A stretch of 63,962 nucleotides of DNA, counting the filler, from Caldilineae bacterium (GTDB taxonomy: Bacteria > Chloroflexota > Anaerolineae > DTLA01): NCBI GenBank assembly GCA_037446815.1. It is 3 parts of 3 records of this genome, joined end to end, with 100 filler letters (N's around TTAATTAATTAA, not from the genome) between each part and the next. Parts side by side here need not be neighbours in the genome. Positions count along the whole stretch, not along the records: positions 1 to 23,728 come from JBBIHX010000035.1; 2 more parts are not named here. One strand, given 5' to 3'. Both the position numbers and the translations under genes were made by a program. Every line of letters begins with the position of its first letter. Position 1 is the first letter of the stretch. The notes beneath the pieces were generated by a model. That model had not been told where the DNA came from. It searched no databases and worked only from the letters and a program-made list of their open reading frames with translations. Shown one piece after another: positions 1 to 10,035 of the stretch.

Positions 1-14
1 CGCGGGCGAGGGAG

Positions 15-134
15 CAGTACCCTCACCCCAGCCCTCTCCCGACGGGCGAGGGAGCAATACCCTCACCCCAGCCCTCTCCCGACGGGCGAGGGAGCAGTAC
101 CCTCACCCCAGCCCTCTCCCGACGGGCGAGGGAG
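15..134. repeat. Three tandem 40-bp units of the CCCTCACCCCAGCCCTCTCCC-GAC-GGGCGAGGG hairpin repeat (family A)
   Basis: Units at 15-54, 55-94 and 95-134 are near-identical; the same motif recurs near 1503, 1723, 1966, 14882, 23829, 63681 and 63838. Confidence 0.9.
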
Positions 135-147
135 CGGGCCTGGCCCT

Positions 148-216
148 GTCCCCCTGAGCGAAGCGAAGGGTCTCGGGTTGCGAGATTCTTCGCCGCTTCG
201 CGGCTCAGAATGACAG
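148..216. repeat. Bipartite palindromic repeat (family B, TGTCATTCTGAGC..GAAGAATCTC / GAGACCCTTCGC..GCTCAG..GACA)
   Basis: Two imperfect inverted arms; related copies near 1370, 1590, 1810, 1923, 3883, 14918, 47388, 59160 and 63812. Confidence 0.8.
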
Positions 217-311
217 TTTGCGGCGGGCGCAGGAGCGGGGCCCGAGGCTTTAGCCTGGGCGGCCCGTCTTTTCCTCGCCCCGCGGCCCAAGCCCACACCG
301 CGGCGCGCACG

Positions 312-1229
312 CTACCCGTACACCGGCGTACACCAGTGGCGGTACTTCGGCACTTTGCCGCGCACAATGTCAAAGTACAAATCGTAAATCCGCCGCGTGA
401 TGGGCCCCATCGTGCCGTCGCCAACGGCCCGGTGGTCAATCTCCACGATGGGCTCAATCTGAACGCCGGTGCCGCAGAAGAACGCCTCGTCAGCAACATA
501 CAGTTCGCTACGATCCACGGAGCGGACCTCCGTCTCCACGCCCAACTCGGCAAGGGCGATCTCCATGACCGTGTCGCGCGTGATGCCTTCCAGGATGTCA
601 TCGGTAACCGGCGGGGTGATGAGTTTCCCATTCCGCACGAGGAACAGGTTCTCGGCGCTGCCCTCCGACACATGGCCGTCGCGGGTCAGCACGATGGCCT
701 CATCGCAGCCAGCCATGGCCGCCGCCGTCTTGGACAGGGCCGAATTGATGTAGGAGCCGGTGATCTTGGCGCGCGCCGGGACGGCGTTGTCGTCCACCCT
801 GCGCCAGGGCGACACCATCACCCGCGCGCCGAGTTCGCCCTCTATGTAGCGCCCGAACGGCGTCGCGAACATGGCGAACTCGTCGGTCAGGTTGTGCAGC
901 CGCACGCCGATGATCTCGTCGGCCTTGTAGGCGATGGGGCGAATGTAGCAGTCCTCGCGGTATCCCTCGCGACGCAGCAGTTCCACCAGCAGGCCGCCCA
1001 ACTCCTCCGGCGAATACGGCAGGCGGATGTGGAGGATTTTGCACGAACGGTGCAGCCGCTGGAAATGCTCCAGTATACGGAAGACGAACAGTTGATTCTC
1101 ATCGGGGTTCCAGTAGGCGCGGATTCCCTCAAAGCAGCCCGTGCCGTAGTTGAAGGCGTGGGTCATGATGCTGATCTTGGCATTCTCAATGGGGACAAAA
1201 GCGCCTTTGAAGAACGCGTACCTGGGCAT
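312..1229 (-). CDS. ilvE: Branched-chain amino acid aminotransferase (PLP class IV)
   Basis: Motifs YGTGCFEGIRAY, AKITGSYINS, EGSAENLF, LEGITR, EAFFCGT; GGAGG RBS upstream. Confidence 0.95.
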   Translation of the reverse strand: MPRYAFFKGAFVPIENAKISIMTHAFNYGTGCFEGIRAYWNPDENQLFVFRILEHFQRLHRSCKILHIRLPYSPEELGGLLVELLRREGYREDCYIRPIAYKADEIIGVRLHNLTDEFAMFATPFGRYIEGELGARVMVSPWRRVDDNAVPARAKITGSYINSALSKTAAAMAGCDEAIVLTRDGHVSEGSAENLFLVRNGKLITPPVTDDILEGITRDTVMEIALAELGVETEVRSVDRSELYVADEAFFCGTGVQIEPIVEIDHRAVGDGTMGPITRRIYDLYFDIVRGKVPKYRHWCTPVYG

Positions 1230-1274
1230 CGCCGCCTCCCTCCTGTGTAGTGTATTGGCCGGGTTCCACGGTGT

Positions 1275-1303
1275 ATGTTACCCCAGGGTTGGCGCGCGGT
1301 CAA
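1275..1303 (-). promoter_or_regulatory. Sigma70-type promoter of ilvE
   Basis: TTGACC (1298-1303), 17-nt spacer, TAACAT (1275-1280) on the minus strand. Confidence 0.6.
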
Positions 1304-1323
1304 CTGCGCCCGGCCTGGGACTT

Positions 1324-2000
1324 GGTTCCATCTTGTGTTGGTCTGTCTTGCGCGCAGCCCTTGCGTCTTTGTCATGCTGAGCCGAGGACGAAGCATCTCG
1401 GCTGGGACGTATCCGCGGATGCCACGGATTGCGCAGAGTAGAGCAAGTTGGCAACTTGCTCTACGGGATTCCTCGCCCCCGCCGCTCAGAACGACACCAG
1501 CGCCCCTCGCCCGCCTCGGCGGGAGGGGGTCGGGGTGAGGGCGTTCACGTGCGACGCACTTCCGAAGTGCGTCGCACGTTGTCTCCCCTTGTCATGCTGA
1601 GCCGAGGACGAAGCATCTCGGCTGGGACGTATCCGCGGATGCCACGGATTGCGCAGAGTAGAGCAAGTTGGCAACTTGCTCTACGGGATTCCTCGCCCCC
1701 GCCGCTCAGAACGACACCAGCGCCCCTCGCCCGCCTCGGCGGGAGGGGGTCGGGGTGAGGGCGTTCACGTGCGACGCACTTCCGAAGTGCGTCGCACGTT
1801 GTCTCCCCTTGTCATGCTGAGCCGAAGGCGAAGCATCTCCAGGGTTGTATTCACGGATGGCACGGAAGGGGCAAAGCACACCTACGGGCGACCGGCCGGT
1901 TACCCCTATGTGCCCGCAGGTGGGAGATTCCTCGGCGCTTCGCGCCTCAGCGTGACAGACCGCTCCCTCGCCCTTCGGGAGAGGGCTGGGGTGAGGGGCT
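1324..2000. repeat. Mosaic palindromic repeat array containing an exact 220-bp tandem duplication
   Basis: 1369-1588 equals 1589-1808; contains GTAGAGCAAGTTG-G-CAACTTGCTCTAC (1438-1464, 1658-1684), ACGTGCGACGCACTTC-C-GAAGTGCGTCGCACGT (1547-1579, 1767-1799) and families A, B, D and F. Confidence 0.9.
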
Positions 2001-2012
2001 TCCGCCCACGCC

Positions 2013-2597
2013 CTACGGACGGCGGGGCGTTTCCGCCCGGTCCGTGCGCCGCTGCACCCGCTTGGCCATCAGAATATCCGGCTTGCCGGGGCCGTTGGCG
2101 TCGGGCACCACGCCGACAATCACAAACCCGACCTTCTGGTAGAACTCGTAGGGGTGGCCCTTCAGGTTGCGGATGCGCGCCAGGCGCCCAAAGGTGTCGT
2201 CGTACAGGTCCACCCCGGCCAGGCTCGTCATGCCGTCTTCGTCGTCGGTGCCGACCCACAGGGTCAGCGCGCCGCGCTCCGCAGCCAGCGCCTCCAGATC
2301 GGCCAACAACGCCCGCCCGATGCCCTTGCGCTGGTGGTTCGGATGCACGGCCAGGGGGTGCACCTCCCACACGTTGCCGCCGTATCCGGGGATGCCGCCG
2401 ATCCACCCCAGGACAACGCCCCGCTCCACCGCGATCCGACTGACGCGCCCCTCGGCGAAGGATTCGCGCACCTCGCGCAGGGCCGACTTCAGGTCAGGCC
2501 AGGCGGTCGGCCAATGCTCGCGGAACGCGGCGACAAGCAGCGCCGCTGCTTGCTGGACGGCATCCCAATCATCCGGCTGCAGGTCTGTAATCTCCAT
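2013..2597 (-). CDS. GNAT acetyltransferase, AAC(6')-Ia/Ii-like
   Basis: WEVHPLAV..QRKGIGRAL, VGTDDE, GHPYEFYQKVGF, DANGPGKPDILMAK; start MEITDL. Confidence 0.8.
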   Translation of the reverse strand: MEITDLQPDDWDAVQQAAALLVAAFREHWPTAWPDLKSALREVRESFAEGRVSRIAVERGVVLGWIGGIPGYGGNVWEVHPLAVHPNHQRKGIGRALLADLEALAAERGALTLWVGTDDEDGMTSLAGVDLYDDTFGRLARIRNLKGHPYEFYQKVGFVIVGVVPDANGPGKPDILMAKRVQRRTDRAETPRRP

Positions 2598-3267
2598 CGG
2601 CGGACTCCTTCTGCAACAGGGCAAGCAGATAATCGCGCACTTCGGTCAGCGACGGGAAGACCCGATGCGCCAGGGTCAAGGCTTCCGCGGAGGGCGGCTT
2701 CAAATCGGGAATCAGGATTGCGGTCATACCGGCGGCCCGCGCCGCGCGGATGCCGGCCTCCGAGTCCTCCAGCACGACGCACTCGTGGGCAGGCACGCCG
2801 AGCCGCTTCGCCGCCAGGAGGAAGACATCGGGCGCGGGCTTGCCGAGGGGGACCTCGTCGCCGCAGGCGATGGCGTCAAACCGCCCCGACAGCCCCGTGA
2901 GTTGCAACTTCTGCGCGACAAATCGGCGATGGGTGGAACTGGCGACGGCCTTGCGGATGCCGCGCACGTCCAGAGCGTCCAGGAGCGCGTGAAGACCGGG
3001 CTTCGTGGGGATGCCATCGCGCATGATGGCCTCGTCCAGATACTGCTGCTTGCGCGCGTAGGCGTCGTCCACGGGCAGGGAGGGGCCGAACGCACGGGCC
3101 AGGATGGCTTTGGTGTCCGCCGCCTCCCGCCCGATGAGTTGGAAGTAGAGGCTGTCGGGCAGCGCCAGGCCCCAGTCGGCCAGGGCGCGCCGCCACGCAT
3201 CCCGCGCCATGCGCTCCGAGTCCAGCATCAGCCCGTCCATGTCAAGAATGACGGCGGAATGCCTCAC
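2569..3267 (-). CDS. HAD-family phosphatase (beta-PGM/CbbY-like)
   Basis: DMDGLMLDSE, ASS, GKPAPD and LEDS..GI motifs; GTG start after GGAGGA. Confidence 0.9.
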   Translation of the reverse strand: MRHSAVILDMDGLMLDSERMARDAWRRALADWGLALPDSLYFQLIGREAADTKAILARAFGPSLPVDDAYARKQQYLDEAIMRDGIPTKPGLHALLDALDVRGIRKAVASSTHRRFVAQKLQLTGLSGRFDAIACGDEVPLGKPAPDVFLLAAKRLGVPAHECVVLEDSEAGIRAARAAGMTAILIPDLKPPSAEALTLAHRVFPSLTEVRDYLLALLQKESADGDYRPAAG

Positions 3268-3299
3268 CTCGTCCTCCCAAGCCCAGGAGACACCTGGCG

Positions 3300-3641
3300 C
3301 TATCCCCGCACGAAGTGGGGCATCGCCTCGGGAATCTCCAGCGACAGTTCCACAAATCCACGGTATTCGCCATCCTGGTACCACGGCGCCTGGTAGATCA
3401 GTTTGCGGACGCCGTTCTTCTCAATGGTGTAGACATTAGGCTTGCCCGACCCCAGCAGCCCGCGCAGTTTGGCGCGGGCTGGCTCCGGATGGCAGTCCAG
3501 TACGTTGCGGCCTATGAGCGCGCGCCCGCCGTCGGCTGCGAAAACCTGCGCGGCGCGGTCGTTCATGTCCAGGATGGTGCCATCCCTGTCGCAGACGGTG
3601 ATGGCGCCCGGGAATTCCCTTGTCCAGTCGGGTATCGGCAT
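3300..3641 (-). CDS. Small stand-alone PAS-domain protein
   Basis: AITVCDRDGTILDMN, LIGRNVLDCHP; GAGGAGG RBS before MPIPDW. Confidence 0.8.
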   Translation of the reverse strand: MPIPDWTREFPGAITVCDRDGTILDMNDRAAQVFAADGGRALIGRNVLDCHPEPARAKLRGLLGSGKPNVYTIEKNGVRKLIYQAPWYQDGEYRGFVELSLEIPEAMPHFVRG

Positions 3642-3762
3642 GTGGCCCTCCTCGTGGTGTCGTTTGGCGGCGCCCGGTTGCCGGCGATGCGGGCGCGTAC
3701 CACATGCTATCACAGGCGCCGCCGAACGGGCAAATTGCCGCCGCGCCGACTGTTGCTGCGCC

Positions 3763-4040
3763 GTGTGTGAGGCGCGGAGCGCCGAGGAATCTCCCACCTG
3801 CGGGTATATACGTGCGCGCAATGACGGACGGCGCGTTCACGTGCGACGCACCTCCGAGGTGCGTCGCACGTTGTCTCCCTCCTGTCCTGCTGAGCCGAAG
3901 GCGAAGAATCTCGCAAACCGAGACCCTTCGCTCCGCTCAGGGTGACAAGGCCCCACCGCCTAGCGCGGCGGCTTTAGCCCCGCGCTGTGCCACGCTTGTA
4001 CGGGCGCCCGGCCGGTCGCCCCTACAGGCGCGCAATAACG
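3763..4040. repeat. Mosaic palindromic repeat array (families B, E, D and a GCTTTAGC hairpin)
   Basis: Family E at 3839-3871, family B pair at about 3883-3947, family D GTACGGGCGCCCGGCCGGTCGCCCCTAC at 3998-4025. Confidence 0.85.
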
Positions 4041-4062
4041 GACGGCGCTTGTCGCCCCGCCA

Positions 4063-7000
4063 TCACGGCGTTACGGTGAACGCCGCGCCGCCGCTCCTGC
4101 CGAACGTCTCGGGGAAGTACATCTCGTAGGCCACCGCGGGCATGACGAGGTACTGCCCCGGCACGCTGGCGCGCAGCAGGTACGTGTACTCATACGTGCC
4201 CGCGGGCACCTCCCGCGCGAACAGCGCCACCTTCTCGTCGCGAATCTCCGTGTGCGAGAAGACCCACCAGCCCCAAACGTCGTCCGCGCCAGCCTTGCGG
4301 AACTGCGGCGGCTCCAACAACTGGCTGGTGGTGCGCAGGCTCGTATCCACGGCCTCGGTACCGGCCGGAATCGGATCCTCCACCACAAGGTAGTGCAGCG
4401 CGCTCGGGGCGATGACCGTCAGTTTGACGCGGATGACGTCGCCGACGGCGGCCGTGGCCACCTCGCGGCTCGGGTCGTCGGCCAGCGTGTACTCGCGCAG
4501 GACGATGACGCCGCGGCTCAACGGCCCTACCTGCTCCACGGGCAGGTAGTACTTGAGCGCCGCCGAGTAATACAGCGCGCCTTTCTCCGCCTGTCCGCCG
4601 GCCAGCGGCGATCGTTCCACGATGATGCGGTTGCCTACATCCTTGAGCAGGCTCTTCAGCGGGATGCGCACCACCTGCGGGGTGTCTACGTTTTCGGGCC
4701 GCACGTCGCCCGCCAGCACCCGCTTGCCGTTGACGCCCACCTGGTACCGATACTCGCCTTCCAGTTCGCCGGTCATGGCGGCGTAGTCCGTCAGGGCCAG
4801 GAGCGCCCATGCGTTCTCCTGGGTCGTGCCCCAGCGCCCGTCCTGTCGCGCGGCCATGAGCCAGCGGACTGCGTTGGGCAGCAGGGCGTTGTCCGGCGCA
4901 AGGCGCACCAGCGCCCGCAGGACGATGGCCGTGCTGCGCACGTCGGTGTTCATCAGGAAGCGGTCGGTCTGGGCTTCTTCCCAGTGGGCGCCCGTGGCGC
5001 TGACGATGGCCTGGCCGCTGAGTTCGGCGACCAGCGCGCGCACCTGGCCGGCATGGGCATCGCCCGCCGCCTGCAGCGCCATCGCCAGGTACGCCTTCCC
5101 GTAGTGCCCGAGCAGGTGCCGCTTTTCAAAGAGCGCCACGGATCGCGCCGTGTCCCCCTCGCCCAATTCGCCCAGCACATACAGCATGAAGGCGTGCTGA
5201 TTCGCGTCCGTCGCGTCCGCGATGTCCGCGACGTTGAGATTGGATTTGAGGTACTGTGTGCCGCGGTCCATCACCGACGCGTCCACGCCGAACCCCGCGC
5301 GCCGCGCCTCGTTCAGGCCCAGCAGCACGTAGGCGGTGATGTACGGGTGGCTGGTCTCGGTGTACCACCACCCCCATCCGCCGTCCATGTTCTGCGCGGC
5401 GTACAGTTTCTGCAGCCCCACCGCGACTAGGTCGGGCAGTTTGGCCTCCAACTCCTCGTTGCGGACGCCAAGCCGCTTGTAGGCTTGCCACGCGGCCACG
5501 TTCGGCAGGAAGCGGCTCACCGTCTGCTCGGCGCACTCGTAGGGGAAGTGCTCCAGGTAGCCCAGGGCCTCCCCCATGCCGGCGACAAGGGACGGATCCA
5601 CGCGCACGGTGAGATCGCCCTGCGACGGCTCGTACACATCGGGCAGTTGCACGAGTTCCACGCGCTGCTCGCCGGCCCCAACTTCGCCCGCCGTGGCGAC
5701 GACTTCCGGCGTCGTGAAGTGATGCACCGGCAGCGTGAGTGCGATGGCATCCTCCAGTCCGCCGCCTGTAACGCGCACGGATACGGTCATCTGCTCCTCC
5801 GCGCCAACGGTGCCGCTCCACGTGAGTTTCTGATAGCCCTTCGCGGGAATCTCCACGCTCTCGGAGCGGCCAAAGCCCGACTGTTCGCCGCGGGCGTCCA
5901 TCTGCACCTGCGCCTGGATGCTCTGGTCGGTGTTGTTGTGGACGATGGCGGCCAGTTCGGGCTTGTCGCCGATGACGAAGAACCGCGGCGCAACCACGCG
6001 CGCCAGCAGCGGCTTGGTAACCACGATGTCGGACGTGGACGAGCCGACCTGCGTGTTGGCCGTCGCGCCGTCGGCGATCATGCGCCAGGTCGTGAGCGAG
6101 TCGGGCAGGTTGACCGCAACGGTTGCCCTGCCCTGGGCATCGGTGCGCAGGGCCGGCTCCCAGTAGGCCGTGTCGGGGAAGTAGGTGCGCGCGGTCAGCG
6201 CCCCCTCCGCCCCGCCGCCGCCCTTGCCCTGGGCTGGCGGCTCCGCTTCGCGCTCCGCGACGGCGACGGTCAGGCTGGCGGCCGTCTGGATGCCCAGGCC
6301 GCGCTTGCGGTAGAAGAAGTCCATGATGTCCGGGCCGGGCCGCTGGGCCAGCGCCAACACCGACGCATCCACCAGCGCCAGCGACACCTCGGCAGGGACG
6401 CCTTGCCCGTTGGCGTCCAGCGTCTCCACGGTGAATTGCGCGGTCTCGCGCGGGCCGTAGGCTCCCGAACGCTCCGGCGTAACGCGGATGGTGAGATGCT
6501 TCTCGGCGGCCGAGACCTCAAGCGCCACGTACCCCACACGGAACGCCGCGAACGGCTCCGTTGTGCCCTTGCCCTTCACCAGCACGACCGAGACGTAGGC
6601 ATTCGGAATCAAGTCCTCGGTGATGGGAATCTCCACCTGCTCGCTGTTGCTCCGCAGCACGAGCACCCGATGGGACAGGATGCCTGCCCGCTCCACGGTG
6701 AGGAGCGCCGTTACCGGCCCCTGGAAGGGACTCGGGATGAGGATATGGGCCGTCTCGCCGGGCGCGTAACTCTTCTTATCGGCGATGAGTTCCATGCGGT
6801 TGTTGTTCTCCACGCGCCAGGCCACGTACTCGTCGCCCGCGCCCGAAACCCACAGGTACGTGGCGCTGCGGACTTCGTTGCCGCGCGCGTCGCGCCCCAG
6901 CGCCAGCACCCGGTAACTGCCGCCTTCGGGCGGGACGAACGAGGCCACCGCCGCGCCCTTGTCGTCCGTCGCGATGGTCTGGGTGAACACGGGCGTGTCG

Positions 7001-9918
7001 GTGAAGCGGGTCGTCCAATAGAACCCGCCGTCGGCGCCCTTCTCCTGGACGGTGTACCAGTCGCGCAGGGAGAAGATGACCGTCAACGGTACGCTGGCCA
7101 CAGGCTCACCCTTCGGGTTGACCGTGATGACCGATACCTCTGCAGGCTTGCCCGCCGTGCCGATGTACGACTTGGGCGACAGGCCGATGTAGAACTCGCC
7201 CTTGTGCACGGGGACGGCCGTCCGGCCACTGACTTCCTGGCCGTTCACGTCGGTAACGGTGGCCTCAATGGAGAAGGTCTGGCTCATGGTGAACTTGGAC
7301 AGGTCGGCGGGCACGGTGAAGGCGAAGCGGCCCTCGGCGTCGGTCGTCCCCTCGCCGCTGGCCACCACGCGCGGCCCGGTGTCGTCGTCCGTCCAGTAGT
7401 CCCAATCGTGGAAATCGTACCAGCCCTGGCCCTGCCACTGGAAGGAATAGGGCTGCGCCACCACGTTCCACCGCACCTGGGCATTGGCCACGGGAGCGCC
7501 AAAGTAGTACTTGGCCAGCACGGCAACTTCTATGCGGTCGCCCTGCACGTATTCGGGCTGATGGGTGGTAACCGAAATCTCGTATTCGGGTTTGCGGTAC
7601 TCCGCGACCTGGAACGTTGTCCCGAAAGACGGCGAGATTCCCTTGTATCCGTCGCGGGCCGTCTCGGCCGCCTTTGCGGGAACCGCGTTGATCCAGTAGG
7701 TGCCGGTGGGCGCGTTCTCGTCCAGCGTCAGGCTGCCGTACACGGTTCCCAGGTCGCTCACCTGCAGCGTCTGGCTGTAGAACAGTTGGCCCTGCGGGTC
7801 CGATGCAGTAACCTGGAGCGGGCCAATGTCGGGCAGCGAGTAGTGGGCGTCATCGTCGGCGCGGATGATGCCCTTGAAGTACACCGTCTGCCCGGGGCGG
7901 TAGATGGGCCTGTCCGTGTAGAAATAGCCGACGTAGGGCGCGAGCCACGACTCGCTGGGCAGCGAGAAGTCCCAGGGGTCAAGCCCCATGGACCAGGAAC
8001 TGACCGCCACGGCCAGCGACTCGCCCGACCCGCCCACGACGATGAGCGGGGACCAGACATCGCGCCCCTCGGCGAATTGGCCGCGCCACACGCCCTCCGC
8101 GTTGGTGAGGCCCTCCAGGGCCACGTTGCCGCTGCCATCGTACACCTTCAGCGGGATGGAATCCACCGGCTGGCCGCTCATGAGGTCGGTGGCCCACACC
8201 AGCACGTCCTTGGGGCCGTGCTTCACCACCAGGTTCGTCCGCGTTACGACCAGGGGCATTCCCTGCTGGGCGTAGGCCTTGTCCTGAATATCCGGCGACG
8301 ACAGCGAGAGGTAGTACACCCCAGGCGGGAGCGGACGGGTGGCGTCGGCGGTGATGGGCACGTCCAGGGTCTGGGTCTTGTTGCGCGGGGCGCTCACCAC
8401 CACTTGCCATGAGCGGAGCAGGCTGTCAGCCCTGGGCGCGAATTTGCCGCGGTATTCCCAGTCGTTGCCGTTGAGGCGCACGAACTCGTCCAGCGACAGG
8501 GCGTACAGGCTCAGGCTGATGCGCCCGATGTTGCGGTAGGCGACCGGGATTTTGATCTCGTTGTAGGCGTTGAAGACCGTCGCGTCGCCCCATCGGCCCA
8601 CGAAGTACACGCTGGGGTCCAGGTCCTTGGTGTGGAACGCCAGGACGTAATCTTGGCCGAGGGTGTTGCCATACGGGTCGGCGGCCGAGGCCGGTATCGT
8701 GATGCGGTAGTCGGTGTTCGGCTGGAGTTGCACAGACAGTTGCAGCGAGTCCTCGTATTCGTTCCAGTACGCTTGCCAGCGGGTCCCCTCAGGCTCCACG
8801 CGAAGGGTGGGGGTGATGGTATCCAGGCGCATCGGCCCTGCGAACCAGATTTGCACCCAGTCGTAGGGCGAAACGGCCGTCGGGTCCTTGTCCACGGAAC
8901 TTCTCAACACGCGGGGCTTCGGAACGACGCCGAACTGCCACTCCACGGGCGCAGCGAGCGCCCCGCCGGTGGCCGAGCGCACGCCCGCCGCCACGGATGC
9001 CACATACCCCAAGCCCATGCGCAAGGGAGCGTCGGGCTTGAAGTACAGCGTGCTGTCGCGCCATGAGAACGTGCCCGCGACCGGAGCATTGGTCTCGCTA
9101 TCGCGCAGGGAGAACCCCGCCTCCACCGAGGCCGTGTCCATCGGCTGGTTGAAGGCGACGATGACCTGGGCCGTCGGCGCGACCTTCATGCCCTGGGGCT
9201 CGGTGCCGATGACCTTGGGCGACTCGGTGGTGAACGTCCATGAGTAGTCCTCGGCCAACACGCTTCCGGTGGCGTCTTGCAGGCCGGCGGGCACTACGGC
9301 GCGGTAGGTGGTGGACCCTGCCAATCCCGCTGCGGGGCGGAAGATGTAGATGGACGTGTTGAGCCACTCGCCCGCGCCGTCCACCGGCGGGTCCAGGCGA
9401 AGCGGCTGCGGCAGGTTCTGGGCGCGCTTCAGGTCGGTGAGCGGCACGACGGGGCGGTTGAACACAACGGTGATGGCGATGTCGCGCTCCACCTCGGTTG
9501 CACCGTCCGCAGGCTGCGTCTGGGCCACTTTCAGATTGCCCACGGTCTGGAATCGCAGCACGACCTCATCGGCCAGCGGCAGGCCCGCGCTGGATTTCAC
9601 CCCCTTGCCCAGCACCACGCGATAGACCGTCGCGGGCTGCAGGGGCGCTGCCGGCTGGAAGACCAGTCGGCGATCCTCCACGACCCAGCGGCCTTGGGCG
9701 GCGGGTTCAATGCGCACCTGCCCCTCCAGCGACTTCGGGTCCATGGGCTGGTTGAACTCCACGACCAGGGGAGACTCCACAGCGAGTTCCTCCGAAGGGA
9801 GCGGCGTCTGGCGCATCACCCTGGGAATGGCGGGCGGTTGCTTGGGGCCGCAGGAAATGGCAACAAGCGCCACAAGGATAACGAGGGCCACAGCCGTTAC
9901 ACGACGCAAGGGTTTCAT
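4063..9918 (-). CDS. Alpha-2-macroglobulin family lipoprotein with N-terminal Ig-like (Big_5) repeats
   Basis: Lipobox-like LVAISC; repeated V.FNQPMD Ig domains; TDRPIYRPG, RTYFPDTAYW, PDSLTTW; thioester motif FPYECAEQ; AGGAGG RBS. Confidence 0.93.
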   Translation of the reverse strand: MKPLRRVTAVALVILVALVAISCGPKQPPAIPRVMRQTPLPSEELAVESPLVVEFNQPMDPKSLEGQVRIEPAAQGRWVVEDRRLVFQPAAPLQPATVYRVVLGKGVKSSAGLPLADEVVLRFQTVGNLKVAQTQPADGATEVERDIAITVVFNRPVVPLTDLKRAQNLPQPLRLDPPVDGAGEWLNTSIYIFRPAAGLAGSTTYRAVVPAGLQDATGSVLAEDYSWTFTTESPKVIGTEPQGMKVAPTAQVIVAFNQPMDTASVEAGFSLRDSETNAPVAGTFSWRDSTLYFKPDAPLRMGLGYVASVAAGVRSATGGALAAPVEWQFGVVPKPRVLRSSVDKDPTAVSPYDWVQIWFAGPMRLDTITPTLRVEPEGTRWQAYWNEYEDSLQLSVQLQPNTDYRITIPASAADPYGNTLGQDYVLAFHTKDLDPSVYFVGRWGDATVFNAYNEIKIPVAYRNIGRISLSLYALSLDEFVRLNGNDWEYRGKFAPRADSLLRSWQVVVSAPRNKTQTLDVPITADATRPLPPGVYYLSLSSPDIQDKAYAQQGMPLVVTRTNLVVKHGPKDVLVWATDLMSGQPVDSIPLKVYDGSGNVALEGLTNAEGVWRGQFAEGRDVWSPLIVVGGSGESLAVAVSSWSMGLDPWDFSLPSESWLAPYVGYFYTDRPIYRPGQTVYFKGIIRADDDAHYSLPDIGPLQVTASDPQGQLFYSQTLQVSDLGTVYGSLTLDENAPTGTYWINAVPAKAAETARDGYKGISPSFGTTFQVAEYRKPEYEISVTTHQPEYVQGDRIEVAVLAKYYFGAPVANAQVRWNVVAQPYSFQWQGQGWYDFHDWDYWTDDDTGPRVVASGEGTTDAEGRFAFTVPADLSKFTMSQTFSIEATVTDVNGQEVSGRTAVPVHKGEFYIGLSPKSYIGTAGKPAEVSVITVNPKGEPVASVPLTVIFSLRDWYTVQEKGADGGFYWTTRFTDTPVFTQTIATDDKGAAVASFVPPEGGSYRVLALGRDARGNEVRSATYLWVSGAGDEYVAWRVENNNRMELIADKKSYAPGETAHILIPSPFQGPVTALLTVERAGILSHRVLVLRSNSEQVEIPITEDLIPNAYVSVVLVKGKGTTEPFAAFRVGYVALEVSAAEKHLTIRVTPERSGAYGPRETAQFTVETLDANGQGVPAEVSLALVDASVLALAQRPGPDIMDFFYRKRGLGIQTAASLTVAVAEREAEPPAQGKGGGGAEGALTARTYFPDTAYWEPALRTDAQGRATVAVNLPDSLTTWRMIADGATANTQVGSSTSDIVVTKPLLARVVAPRFFVIGDKPELAAIVHNNTDQSIQAQVQMDARGEQSGFGRSESVEIPAKGYQKLTWSGTVGAEEQMTVSVRVTGGGLEDAIALTLPVHHFTTPEVVATAGEVGAGEQRVELVQLPDVYEPSQGDLTVRVDPSLVAGMGEALGYLEHFPYECAEQTVSRFLPNVAAWQAYKRLGVRNEELEAKLPDLVAVGLQKLYAAQNMDGGWGWWYTETSHPYITAYVLLGLNEARRAGFGVDASVMDRGTQYLKSNLNVADIADATDANQHAFMLYVLGELGEGDTARSVALFEKRHLLGHYGKAYLAMALQAAGDAHAGQVRALVAELSGQAIVSATGAHWEEAQTDRFLMNTDVRSTAIVLRALVRLAPDNALLPNAVRWLMAARQDGRWGTTQENAWALLALTDYAAMTGELEGEYRYQVGVNGKRVLAGDVRPENVDTPQVVRIPLKSLLKDVGNRIIVERSPLAGGQAEKGALYYSAALKYYLPVEQVGPLSRGVIVLREYTLADDPSREVATAAVGDVIRVKLTVIAPSALHYLVVEDPIPAGTEAVDTSLRTTSQLLEPPQFRKAGADDVWGWWVFSHTEIRDEKVALFAREVPAGTYEYTYLLRASVPGQYLVMPAVAYEMYFPETFGRSGGAAFTVTP

Positions 9919-10035
9919 ACCGAGCCTCCTGGACATGAAAAAGCACGCCGAAGCGCGTGGACACTTCATACTCGTAGACGCATGGCGGGCGCGCTGGGTT
10001 CCCGCGCGGCGGGGCAGAATTCCGGCTAGGTTGCC

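Noticed and set aside
15..134. Possible CRISPR array
   Set aside because: The 40-bp units are directly adjacent with no unique spacers, the motif is a dispersed repeat, and there are no cas genes.
1163..1758. Short ORFs in repeat arrays (VEQVGNLLY, RRTSEVRRT and PSPVGRGLG peptides)
   Set aside because: They are translations of palindromic repeats, recur wherever the repeats occur, and lack RBS support.
1369..1825. CRISPR-like repeat-spacer pattern
   Set aside because: The intervening sequences are identical duplicates, not unique spacers.
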